A stretch of 64,000 bases of DNA, taken from NCBI GenBank assembly GCA_028023455.1, contig JAQFVV010000008.1, forward strand, positions 17,422,001-17,486,000, read 5' to 3'. The notes beneath the pieces are model-generated. The model was given only the letters and a program-made list of their open reading frames with translations. It did not search any database and had not been told where the DNA came from. Shown in pieces: positions 13,578 through 26,129 of this stretch. Positions within the stretch are counted from its first letter, which is position 1; the number at the start of each line of letters is the position of its first letter. Made by a program: the position numbers and the translations under genes. Source of the DNA: Epiperipatus broadwayi (taxonomy: Eukaryota > Animalia > Onychophora).

Positions 13578-13822
13578 ACTAGCATTCTTTATGTTAGGTG
13601 TAGAGATTATAAAAATATGCTGTCCAGGATAAAGAATATGAATACTATTACACGATTGATATATATATCTCAGGAATAAAGACTTCATATATTGAACAGA
13701 ATGAATGCTTCCATAGAAAAACCTCACAAATCAATCCAACAAATTGCACATACAAATTAGTGTATATAAACTATTTTGCCAAAAGTAAAAAAAAAAATTC
13801 TCTAAACTATTTTGCTAAACGT

Positions 13823-14227
13823 AAAAAACAAATGAACTATTCAAACTCATTATTTTTTGTGTGGGATTTTGGTTCAATTTTTTTTAACATCAGTTGAATT
13901 ATTTTATATAAGGCAAATAATGAATTTGACCATCACATTATTCATTGATTATAAGAAGTTCAAACAATGCTAAAATGTTATTTATAGTTAAAACTTGAGA
14001 ATGTTAAAAGCATTTGGAAGATAAAAATGTCTTGATAATATAGTATCTATACTTAAACTAGTCACGGTCTGATTAAAATAAGAGAGTTTCAGATTTTCTA
14101 TTTTTCCAAACAAAAAAGAAGAATGAACAATTCATACTCATTATTTTTTGTATGGAATTTCTGTTGACTTTCAATTTTTTTACCAACAGTTGAATTGTTT
14201 TTATATAAGGTAAATAATGAGTTTGAT
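13823..14227 (+). repeat. Diverged ~110-bp direct repeat pair (13823-13930 and 14113-14227)
   Basis: Shared aatgaac(t/a)attca(a/t)actcattattttttgt...cagttgaatt(a/g)ttttatataagg(c/t)aaataatga blocks. Confidence 0.7.
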
Positions 14228-14629
14228 TTATAGATAAGAGAGTTCCAGATTTTTTTAGATGGATGTAATATGTATATATTAGCTATTACTTAAAAATGAT
14301 TGCTGCAAGTAAAATAAAAACATGCTGAACTTCTAGATGGACTTCATGACCTAGTGATCTCCACCACTGAAGGTACCAAAGTGAAATGCAGACCATTGCC
14401 ACCTTATTATTTTTTACGCTGTAAGGCTAGATTATGTAAATGACTATATAACATAAACCTCAATAGTTATTAATTTAATAGTGTTATATTTATTCTGTCT
14501 GTCATTCCACCCTTGTCACAACTGCAAATTATTGTGGGTGAATAGTATTCACTCATAGCACTTTAAATTAGAAATTTTCTTTTAAGGTTAATTTTCATTT
14601 AATTTTATATATATACTCTTAGAATATTC

Positions 14630-16911
14630 AAGATGAATACTTGCAATTGCATAATAGAAGATATTTTGGAAAGACCATTTTCTTCAAGAGGTTTCAAAAA
14701 AAAAACATATTAAAGATCTTGGTAGACTAATTCTAATCAAAACTATTATCAAACGATGTAGAAGACATTTTTCTATTCAATTTTATGAAAACTGTTCCTG
14801 GTTAATAGGTTGCAATAACTAATACATTACATTGTCGGCCGTGTTTTCTATTCACAAATGAAAAATCTGTTTGGAATACTACTGGATTTTGCGATATGAA
14901 TAATTTAGGAAAGGCAGCAAAAAAGCATGAAAAAGGGTCTAGTTCGCATTTAAATGCCATGATTTCAATTAAAATGTTTGGTTAAATTCATACTGAAAAT
15001 TTATTTGATTCTATTCGTTCAATTTCTATTAGAAATTTTAATGAGAAGATATGGAAAAATCGAGATATATTTAAATACTTTATTGATGTAACTTGTTTTT
15101 AGCATGTCAGGAATTACCTTTCAGATGTGTTGATGAATCTCAAAATTTTCTAAATAGAGGTAATTATTTAGAAACCATTAATTTATTAGTAGCCTATAAT
15201 CCACTTTTGAAAAATCATCTTGATAATTCTACTGCTTTTTCTGGATTGTCCAGCGATATATAAAATGATAAAATTTCATCTATTGCTTGTATTTTATTAG
15301 AAGAAATCCATACCGAATATGAAAATTTGGATTTTTATGTGGGATTAATGTTAAATGAAACAAGCAATGGGTCTAATAAATCACAATTATCAATAATTTT
15401 TCAATATATTAAAAAAAAAGGTCTTTTAGTAGAAAGATTTCTTTCTTCACTGATGTTTCTCCTTGATAGATCAGCTCAAGATTTATTTGATTTTATTATT
15501 CTGTTTCCAAAAAAAAGTTTCTGATAAATTAGTTTCTAAAAGTTATGATAGTGCCACCATCATGTCTGGAAATTCTAATGGTTTACAATAAAAATAAAAG
15601 AAGTAATATCTTATGCACATTGTATTCATTGTTTTGCCCATAAATTAAATCTTGTTCTTTTTCAATCTATATCGAAAATGAAAGAATGTGCTGGTTTTTT
15701 TAAAAGTTTATAGAGTTTCATCAGTTTTTTAAGTCATTCTTCCAAAAGATTAGCTGCTTTTAATAAAATTGTACAGAAAAAAAATTTCTGCAGCTGCTCT
15801 AACATGATGAGAATATAATGGACTAGCTGTTCAAACAATATTTGAGTCAAAAAAACATTTAATGACTTTTTTTGAACACATAATTGACAATGAAAGTAAT
15901 TGGATTAACGAAGCTATTTTACAATCTAAGGGTGTATTATATAATTTAAATGACAAAAAATTCATAGTTCTGCTTTATTTTTTAATGGATATTTCTCAGA
16001 AACTGATATTTTATTTAAAATTCTTTAAACTCAATCATCTGTTATGCAATTCTGTCTAATAGCAATAAATAATTTTAAAAGTAATACAGAAACAATAGCT
16101 GCAAATTATCATGTTTTCTGGATAATGTTGATGAAAAGGAAAATTTACAAAATTTTAAAATTAAATGAACTGATTCAAGTGTATCAAATAAAGAATATTT
16201 TATGATTTTATTAAATTCTATTATTAAAAAATAATTTCTGAATTAGACAACAAATTCAATTCTTTACCAAATTTTGAATTTCTAAAGTTGTCGGACACAT
16301 CAAAATATGGGCTTTTTTGACATATCAGCATTAAAAACTGAACTAAAAGTAGTGTTCAGAGACTATAACTTCAAAAGCAAGAAAAACACTCAAGAAATTG
16401 TGCAGTTTTGATTGAAACGGAGCTCGAAAACTGTTTTAGTGAATATTTTAAATTAAACTAACGCTAACATTCCCTGTTGCAACAATATTAGTGGAAAGAT
16501 CCTTTTCCTGTTTAAAAAGGATCAAAACTTTTTTAAGAAATAGATATTCACAATCAAGGTTATCAAATTTAGCCCTGATATCTATTGAGAAGCAATTGCT
16601 TCAAGATATTAAACATAAAAATGATTATTATGATAAAGTAATAGATCATTTTGCTATGAAAGAACAGAAGATTGAATTAAAATATAAAAATTAATATTTT
16701 CAAAATTTAATTATAAGATAATATACTTTATTAATTAACCAATGAAATATAACAGATTTGTTGATATGATTATCTTGTTTTATTTATATTAATTTATTTT
16801 ATATGAAATTTTGAACTATGAAAGAAAAGTATGTAAAAATTGTTGTGGCAAGTAAAATAAAAAGATTATGTAGTGTACTTTCGTTCCTAAAAAAGTCACG
16901 CTTTGTCGCTG
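14630..16911 (+). mobile_element. Fossil hAT (Ac/Tip100, ZMYM1-like) transposase, near full length, with many stops and frameshifts
   Basis: Fragments QELPFR..DES..LNRGNYLE (~15107-15175), NETS..NKSQLSIIF, IHCFAHKLNLVL (~15624-15660) and the hAT dimerisation motif ERSFSCLKRIKTFLRN..QSRLSNLALISIE (16491-16694). Candidate right TIR gtcacgctttgtcgctg ends at 16911; no left TIR found. Confidence 0.85.
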
Positions 16912-17213
16912 ATATATTTTGAAAAAAATATTTTTATTTTCAATTCTACAACTTATTTACAAGGTACTACAATTGGCACAACAATAGTATCATATGCTAA
17001 TATTTTTATGGACCAATTTGAATCTTAAATTTACTGAGAAGTACTATGATTATAATATTGACATCAAGAAAATGGGCTACTATTTTAGAAAACTTTATTG
17101 TAAAATATTTATTTTTATTAAAATTATCTACGATTTTGAGAAAATATAAAAATTTAATCTTTATACTACAAGATTTGACAATTAAACAGTACTATATAAG
17201 CAGCTCCTTAAGG

Positions 17214-17983
17214 CAGTGGTCTTCAACCTTTTCACACCTGCGGACTGACAAAAATAATGATAAGTTTTCGCGGACCAGCAGAAGTCTATAGATAAATTTT
17301 CTTAAAGATGTAAACTGCTTAGCCTTAGATGAGCATAATTGTTATAACTGACCAAAAAACACACTAGTTACTGTGTATAGTAATGGTGTTGGTTATCTTC
17401 ACATGTTGAACACTCTTTCTCGAGTTACATAGTCATACTGTTACAGAAAACAGTACAATAACAATCGTTCTCATTAATGTGCCTGCATTGCTGCATTTAT
17501 TATTCCATTGTTAAAACATGCAAGAATAAAATGTTATTCACCTGAACGTTGGAAAATATCACAGCTAGTGTAAATTATATGACAATGATTATGATAAATG
17601 TAATATCTGTATTTAATGTTAAATATACAAGATGAAGTTATATATATATGGAGTTTGTATAATAAAAAACTTTTTTTTTTTCATTTTGAGTTTTTTTAGA
17701 AAAATAATAAAAAATTTAATTCTTCCCCTGCCCATAAACATCCGTGAGAACCAGAAAAACAAATTAATTTATGTATGATTGATTAGATTTTGTTTTCGTT
17801 CTGTTTCTTTTTTTTTAATTGGGTAAAAATGAGATGAAAAAATAAATAAAATTGTTTATATTAATTAAAAGTTTAAACTCTTATTATTTTGTTATTACAA
17901 ACTTTCCTACCAGTCTACTGCAGACTGAAAGAAAACTTCTGCAGCCAGGCACTGGTCCTCGGACCAAGGGTTGAAGACCACTG
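17214..17983. mobile_element. Non-autonomous hAT (Charlie-like) MITE, 770 bp
   Basis: Perfect 15-bp TIRs CAGTGGTCTTCAACC / GGTTGAAGACCACTG and a perfect 8-bp TSD CCTTAAGG (17206-17213, 17984-17991). Confidence 0.95.
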
Positions 17984-18116
17984 CCTTAAGGTTTCATAAT
18001 CTTGGTATAGAAATGTCTCATGGTTGGGTTCATGTCAACATGTAGTCCTTTTTTGCTGAGTAGCATTCATTATTATTTTTGTATTTTTTGTGTGTCATCA
18101 TGAGAATATCAGAGTT

Positions 18117-18570
18117 TGAATTAGAGCAATGAACAAACATTAAATTTCTTACTAAATTTAGCAAGAGTAGAAGTGAAATCAGGGACATTAGTCAAAGTTT
18201 ATAGGGATAAAGTCATGAATAAAATGATAATGTACAAGTGGATCACTGATGAAGAGAAATCAGGGTGACCAGTAACAAGATGAACTGATGAAAACATTGC
18301 AAAAACATTAAATTATGTGTTAAAATTATCTGCAGACTATGAGAAGCATAGCAGACTAAGTAGACATTAAAAAAGAAATAGGAAAATTTTAACTGAAAAT
18401 CTTGGCACAAAGAAAAGTGTATGTAAAAATGGTTCTAAAGGAACTCATCTATGAACAAAAGGAAAGGAGAATCAAAATTTGCCAAAACCTTTTGGAGATA
18501 GAAGGTGTTGTTTTGAGCATTGTTATCACTGGTGATGAAACATGGGTGCATCAATAAAGTATTAAAGTAC
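18117..18570 (+). mobile_element. Decayed mariner transposase fragment (HTH region to the first catalytic Asp)
   Basis: ELEQ.TNIKFL, DEEKSG.PVT..TDENI, ILTENLG..K, EQKERR..IC..LLE and VITGDETWV (~18525-18548). Confidence 0.8.
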
Positions 18571-18719
18571 ACAATGTAAATCAGCCAATTCTCTTTGACC
18601 AAAAGGTTCAGCCAATCCAAATTATTGGACAAAATAATATATAATTGAAGGAGTATGCAATAAATTAGATCTTACTAAACCATTTTTATTTATTAATTAT
18701 TATTATTATATATATATAT

Positions 18720-19120
18720 TGTGTTAAGTACATGTGAAATTGAAACATTGTGTGTATGTGTATATGAATAAAAAGGATTTGCTCTATGATTAGAAAATTG
18801 GGCAAGATTGATATGTGTTTTTGATTTATGCACTGGCCCTGTGTGATAGTATTCAAGTTAGCCTGGGTTATTTTCCAAGCACTGGATTCTGCTATGCCAT
18901 TTGTCGGGGGCATTTTGGTTATATAAATTTACATTGCCGGATGGTGCCTTGAGATTTATCTCGAAAAAAAAAAATTGCTTTTGGAGGATTGGCGTAGTCC
19001 CAGCAGTTATGGAAGGTGCTGTGATCAGGAAAAATGATATTTGTATGTTCGTGCAATCTCGATCTGATTATAGGTCTGCCCCTCGGCTTGGATGTATGGA
19101 TAAGTGTTATCAAAACAGTT
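18720..19120 (-). mobile_element. Penelope-like (Neptune/Poseidon-type) RT fragment
   Basis: Across frameshifts the minus strand reads IH.SKPRGRPII...IAR..YHF...VNLY...P..NGIA...LPNFLIIEQIL...FQF, resembling PKIHK..PGRPII / DV.SLYT.IP..GI / E.IL..N.F.F. Confidence 0.5.
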
Positions 19121-20999
19121 TTAAGTTTACAAATACTTAAAAAATATGCAAGACTAAATCTGTTAAGCTAATCATTTAGACCAATTCAATGTGATATTTA
19201 ATGGAAGTTATTAAGATCAGGAAAGTAAGCATAAGATCAATAAAGGTTTCAAAATATTAAAATAAAAATAATAGAGATCCCCGCAACTGTTACAATATGT
19301 ATTACATATACACATATATTCCCACATCTACATATATAAGTTATTACTTGCTATAAATAAGTACTTACATTAGATATTTTAAATACAGATTATAGGACTA
19401 TTCAGTTTTTTGGGGGTTCTTTTACATTACATCTTTTATTCCCTCATCATAAACTTTATCTGTGTTTTTAAAACAACTGCATATTGCTGAAAATTTAAGT
19501 AAATATTTTTGCTGAAAATTTAAATATTTTAATATCATTTTGAATATGACATAAGTAATTATGTAATTGATATATTACAGGGTGATACTTTATTATAAAT
19601 GAGAGATTGTAGAATTAACCTATATGCTGTAAATTTAGTGCAGTAATAACCAAATGGACTTGAGAACTGAAAATTCTAGTAGAATCTTCACTTGATACTT
19701 TAGTTCTCAGATATTTTATAAATTTCTTAGCAATAACCATTCAGTTATTATTTTTATAGGCTTAGTGATATATCATTACATGAGATTGTTGTGTCTGAAC
19801 AAATGGAAAAAACACCCAAATAATATTACTCATACAAAATCTATACTTCTATGATAATTCTAATAATTTTTTTTTTTTTGCTAGATTATTTGGCAAAACA
19901 TGAGTAAGAACATGTTGGCGAAGCATGTAACTTAATTGTTCTTTTTAGTACAGGTTTCTAAAGCATAATAGATTTAGATTATCATCTCTGAATATATTTT
20001 TAAAGATTTTACTTTTTATTAACACAGAGTGCATATTTTATATAGTTTACTCTTGTTAATTTAATTTTTGGTAGATATTTATTTATTATAATATGATTTA
20101 ACAGTAAAAAGAAAGTATATTTCAAATTGCATAATTTGGATGAGGGGGAAAATGATTGGTGAAGAGGTGGGTTTTTTTTTCAGAAGTTTTACGACAATCT
20201 GATTACCATGAAATTATGAGATAAAACATATTTCAATATATTAGATAATCTTCAAATCCTTCTCATATATTTTGATCTATTTTTCAAATGTCTGCAGCCT
20301 TTTTTTAAAATCATCTATCAACTTTTTTTTTTTACAGTTCTTTCTAAAATATTATTTATAATTCTTTTACCTAAATACATTCCCTATTTAATTTCTCTTT
20401 TAATGCTTTTTTTTTCACTCTCTCTATTGTAAATCTACATCTATAGAGCTTCCAACCTTTTGTCTTTTTTTGTTCCATATAAAGCTTTACTCACATCAAA
20501 ACACATAATAAGCCTTTAATAGTCACAAAATAGTTTTTTTTACTCCTGTTCAAAATGCATTTTGGCTACTGCTAATATTATTTATATATTTTAAAAATCT
20601 AATATTCAAAAGCAGCAATTATCTCTATATATTTTTATCCAAATAATATTAATCTTATTCTCCATTTATTTTTTTTGCTTTAATATTAGTTGTACTAATT
20701 CTGATTTCAAATCTACAAATTTTATTAATCTTAAATAATATTTTATTACATCCTCATTATTTATAAATACTATATGACAATGAATCTGCTATAATAAATT
20801 CTTCCCCAATGTTACTACATTTTTTTATAAAGATTAACAGATAATTATTCCAACACAATTGAAATAAACCAACTATATAAAAATAAATATTTTCTTTATT
20901 ATTTATGGACAAATTTATGTTTGATCATTGTTAAAGATTAACGTTTATTTTGAAAGTCCAACTTACATTACAAATTCCTGCTATTGCAAGTTTTTGTGG

Positions 21000-21310
21000 T
21001 TACATTTCAAATGATTGATAATGATTATAAAATGTAAGCATTATACAGGTGGAATAGCCTTTAAATAGCCCACTACAGATCAAAGGCCTCTCCAAAAGTG
21101 ATATTGGTACAGTAAAGAAGGCATTACTCATCAGACTTTTCCCAGTGCTAAGTATTGAGGATTTGAGCAATATTCCATAATCTAAGTAGATATCCATTTG
21201 CTGACTAATATTCAGTCATAACCTAAGCTACCTAATAAAAAATTCTAAGCCTCATTGGAATCCAGATCATAAGAATGTCAGGTGGATATATTATACCATA
21301 AGATCCTGTA
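21000..21310 (-). mobile_element. Possible LTR-retrotransposon RT remnant
   Basis: GIIYP...KW..LDY...SNAFFTVPISLLERPL resembles LTR RT motifs, but spacing is shortened. Confidence 0.35.
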
Positions 21311-21719
21311 AGTAATTATAAACATCCTGAATGGGTTTTATATAACTAACTGCACTTATTTTTGTATATGGTGTGCCACTACATTTTGACGCAGCCCATA
21401 ATTTTATGAAGATTACAAAAATGAGGTGGCGAGATGAGAGTGCCACCAAACTAAGTTTTAAGTTTTCTGTCTTTTTTACATGATTAATCATCTGAAATCT
21501 TCTGGTATGAAAGTGAGGAGTAAATTGTGATCAAGAGAGAGAGATTTTTTTGAATTTTATTATTAAAAAAAAAGTTTCGATCACCATTTAAAAAATATAA
21601 ATTATAAAAAAAATATTTTTGTTGAATGTGTGTTAATGTAAGGATTTCTGTAACTAAGTTGTATGTAAGATTAGTTGTTTTAAATTTGCTAATAAAGTTT
21701 TTTTAATTTTAATTTAAGA

Positions 21720-24700
21720 ACAGTTATTTTGAGGAAAAAGATAACGTTTTAGAGGCCTAAGGTACACGTGGTTATTGATCGATCGTTTTTGAAAGTTTGG
21801 GGTTTGAAGAGTAGGAGAGGAAGTATAAAGTCAAATTTAGAATAGGTGACTTGGAAAATAAATAATATGGATTGCATTTGTGTTCTCTAATGCATATATA
21901 ATCTTCAGAAAGAAATTAGGCGTGCTGTGGTAGAGTGTACTGTATGTGATGAGGTTTTCCACTTGAAATGCTTAAATAAGACTAGGAAGAATGTAACAGG
22001 TTTGTGGTTATATAGACAGTGTGTGAATGTGATCAAAAGAGGTAAAAAAGTGGTTTCAAAGTGTAGATAGTGTAAAGAGAAAGGAGAAATGGAGCAAAAC
22101 GTAGTTGAGGGAGGCAGGATAGAGTGTGTTTATAGTGGAGTGACAAGAGAGATGGATGGAAAAATAGATAGTGCATCGGAGATAATTGGCCAAAGAATAA
22201 GAAAGATAGAGTAAGAGGTAAAGGATATAGAAGCAAAATCAAAATCATTAGAGACGAAGTGTGAACAGATAAAGGAATTATTGAGTAGGAATGATAAGGA
22301 AGAAGTAGATAAGGAAGTCCAGAAGGTCGTAGAGAAGGTTGTGAATGAAACAGACAAAGTAGACTGAGACAGTACTGATAGGCGATTCATTAATAAGAAA
22401 ATGTGGAGATATAATTGCAAGGGAAAATAGAAACAGGTATGTAAGAGTGTTTGCCTGGAGCTAGAATCAGAGATGTTACAGGTAAAGTAAAGAAGCAAGG
22501 GAATAAAGATGTGTATCTTATGGTAGGGACTAATAATTTATCAGAGTCATCAGAGAGAGTAATGTGTGAGTATATAGAGTATGATTAAAGGAAGAGTAAG
22601 AATAGTTGGATTATTACCAAGATTTGATAAAAGGTATATGTTAGATAGGGCATGTTCTATAAATGAGAGATTGAAAAAATTGTGCGAGAGAAATGATGTT
22701 ACATTTGTGGATGTGCGGGATTTTTTTATTGGGAAGAGGGAGTTATAAAGATGGGTTGCACTTAGGGAAACAAGAAAGTGACATTTTAGAGAGTCTTATT
22801 TATAAAGAATATAGTTCAGGAAACTTGTAAAGGGAGTGGGGGTGGCATTTTAAATTGCAGTGTTATTGAGGAATAAACAAAGAGTAGCTGATTTAGATAT
22901 AAATATAGAGAGTCTTATTTATAAAGAATATAGTTCAGGAAACTTGTAAAGGGAGTGGGGGTGGCATTTTAAATTGCAGTGTTATTGAGGAATAAACAAA
23001 GAGTAGCTGATTTAGATATAAATAGATGTGGAGAGAGAATGGGTCTGTAAAATTAATAGTAAGCAAGTTATTTATAAACGTAATGGAGAAAAAAGAATCA
23101 AAAAAAAAAAATTATAAAAGAGTAGTTAGGAAAGAAAAAAATTGGGTATTTGAATATGCAAGGTGGTAGGAAACCAGAAGAGTGGCAGGAATTAAAGCAA
23201 TTGAAAATGAAGAGCTTGAGGTATTAGCAGTAGTGGAAACACATCTAAGAGAAGAAGAACCTGTTTTGGAAGATTTGGTATGGCAGGGTATAAATAGAAA
23301 AGAGAAGAAAAAGGGTGGTGTTATAGGTGTTATATCTAAAAAATATTTAAATACTGTTAAATGCCAAGAACATTTATGGTTTGAAATAAGGTTGGGAAGA
23401 CAAGAATGGATAGTGGCTATAGTTTATATAGCTACTGGAGATAGTCAAACTATAATGGAGTGGAACAACAGCATATATGAGTGCCTCGTTAAGGATATAC
23501 GGTTTTAAAGAAAAGGGGAAGAGAATAATGGTTATAGAAGATATGAATGAGCATATTGAAGAAATTGATGATATAGATAATAAGAATGGGCAGCTTTTGA
23601 AGAAATTTTGTCAGAGAGTGAATTTGAGCATTGGAAACTTATCAAATATTTATGAGGGACAATACACATGGCATAGAAATAATATATCCCATACAATAGA
23701 TTATGTATTTGTAGAGAAAGAGGGAATGAATAAAGTATAGAAAATTAAGGTGTTTGATAATGAAGAGAGAGTATGTAATAGTGATCATAATTTCTTTGTA
23801 ATTGAAATGGTTAGTAATGTGATGGAGAATAGAAATAAAAGTAGAAACAGTAGTGAAAGATGTGGATGGAGAGTGAATGATAAGAATAAGTTGGAAGAGT
23901 ATAAAATATAAGTTGACGAAACCATGGAAGAGTTGGTTGGAAATTAGTATGAGGACTGGGGTGATGAAATAGAAAAAGTGACAAATAGGGTTTTAGGTGA
24001 GAATATTCAGAAGAATAAAAGTAATAAAATGAGAGTTAGTAAAAGAGAGGAAAAAAGCATGCAGAGAATATAAGTGTGCTATTAAGAACAAAGAAAGTGA
24101 AAAAGATATTAATGCTAAATGGGAAAAGTACTTAGAAAAGAAGTTAGCTAAAATAGATAATTATAGAGAGAATGAAACTGAATAGTAAATTATTGGACGA
24201 TATTAATAAAAGTGGAAGAAATGGGAGTAAAAAATTTTGGAATTACATTAAAAGGAGAAATGTAGGGGGAGAGAGATAATATTACTGGATGGGATGAGGA
24301 GGGAATAGAGTGTAGCTCTAGAGAAGAATTAGAGAGAATCTTGAATAGGTAAGTAATGGATATAGAAAAGATGTTAGATGTGAAGGATAGAGGGATAGAA
24401 AATATGAAAGCATATAGTAATATTAGGTTTACAGAAAACTAAACGAGGCAGGGAAGAAATTTGAAAAATGGTAAGGCAAGAGGTTTAGATGGATGGGTAG
24501 CAGAGATGGTAATGAATTTAGGGCGTAAGGTAAAGCTATTATCATGCTTTAATAAGATGGCACAGAAGATAGTTTTTTCTGGTAGTTGGAGTAATATGAG
24601 AGTAAGATTATTATTTAAAGGAAAGGGTAAGGATCATAGAAAGTTAAACAATTATAGACTGATAGCAGTAACATCAGTTTTATATAAAGTTTTTTTATAT

Positions 24701-26125
24701 ATGGTGGCTGGATGAGTTGCAAAATGGATGGAAGAAAATAATGTATTTTGTTTTTGTTGTATTTGCGTGAAATGGAGAGAGCAATAGAAAGACTAGGAAG
24801 AGGGATAGAGATACCGTTAATAGCTGGCAAGGGAGTATATACATTGCCGGGTCTTTTTTTTTTGCAGATGATGTCTTTTTTGTGTGCAGAAAGAAGAGAA
24901 GATATGGAAGTTATGCTGAGGACATGCGCAAGGGTGGGTAAAGATATGGGGATTAAATTTAGTGAAGAAAAATCAAATATAATGATGGTGAATACTGGGG
25001 AAAGATGAGACAAAGATTTCTTAGTGGGGGATATAAAGTTGTGTGGTGAATAGATATAGTTATTTGGGAGTCATCTTGAGTAATCAGAAAAATTCCTTGG
25101 ATGAATGGGGAAAAAAATTGATAAATGAAACAAAGAAAAGAATGGGATTGATAAAGAAATTAACAGTGTTTTCATATAATATGATGTAGCTAGAATTGTA
25201 TGGAAGGGAGTGGTAGTAGCAGGGTTAACATATGGCAATGATGCGTTATGTGTTAGTAAAGGGATATTAGATTACTTAGAAAAAGTACAAAGGGAAGTAG
25301 GAAATCATGCATTAGATGCAGAGGAGTGGACAGCAAAGGAGGCAATTCAAGGAGAAATGGGATGGTCAAGTTTTTATATGAGAGATGAAAAAAGCAAAAT
25401 GAAAATGTTCAGTAGATTGCAGTTTATGGATAATAAAAGAATAGCCACAATAGTATTTAATTGGGTTACAAGTAAAGGGCAGGCAACAAGATGGGTGAGA
25501 AAGGTAATGTGGTATGCAGAAGATTTGGATAAAGAGTTTATATCAGTATACTTGTACAAAAGGTGGGATGATTGTATTAGGAGGTTGTTGAGTGTTATAG
25601 TGGTAAGGAGTGGGATAGAAAAATAGATGTATTAATAAAGAATAGGGAATTGGAGAAATGGAGAACATAATATGAAGAGTGAAATGAGTTTAAATATATA
25701 TAGATGTAAATGGAACATTGAGTGTGAGTTAATTTATGATAATAGTAAGGAAGGCTCGAATGGGATCTTTAGCAACAAGGGAATATACTCGTAAATGGAA
25801 AAATAAGGATACTTCAATGTAAATGCTTGGAAGGAGAAACGGTACAAATAATGAAATTATGGAAGAATTAAATATGAACAAAGTGATTATACAGGAAGTG
25901 AGTTATTGGTTTTTATGTTTGGTTTGGGAAAAGATAAAGGTGATTTAGATATGAAAGCCATGGAGTTGATAGAGATTATGTTGTGGAAATGGGATGGAGC
26001 AGATTATGGAAAACTTAGGGTGGAGAATGGAAAGGGAAGGTAAAGTGACTATCAGGTTTCTCTGGGAATAGTTGCTGAGGGATTCCTGACTCCATATAAG
26101 GAGAAGTCACAGTGCATCACATCAC
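21720..26125 (+). mobile_element. Decayed near-full-length RTE-X-like LINE (copy A): ORF1 PHD + coiled coil + SGNH esterase; ORF2 endonuclease + RT with internal deletions
   Basis: ORF1 (~21867-22830): ECTVCDEVFHLKC..LW, LPGARIRDV, VGTNN, GLLPRFD, DGLHL. ORF2: GYLNMQGGRK, VVETHLREEE, IDY, SDHN, GKARGLDG, YRLIAVTS, FADD, EAIQGEMGWSSF. 3' tail gcatcacatcac. Clade assignment is by motif recall. Confidence 0.85.
22787..23024 (+). repeat. Perfect 119-bp tandem duplication at the LINE ORF1/ORF2 junction
   Basis: 22787-22905 is identical to 22906-23024 by inspection. Confidence 0.92.
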
Positions 26126-26129
26126 AATG

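Noticed and set aside
18246-18291. Two CTGATGA motifs
   Set aside because: They are codons of the mariner transposase (TDEE, TDEN) with no stem II/GAAA architecture.
20200-20880. Possible L1/Tx1-type LINE 3' end on the minus strand
   Set aside because: Only compositional resemblance; no diagnostic motif readable.
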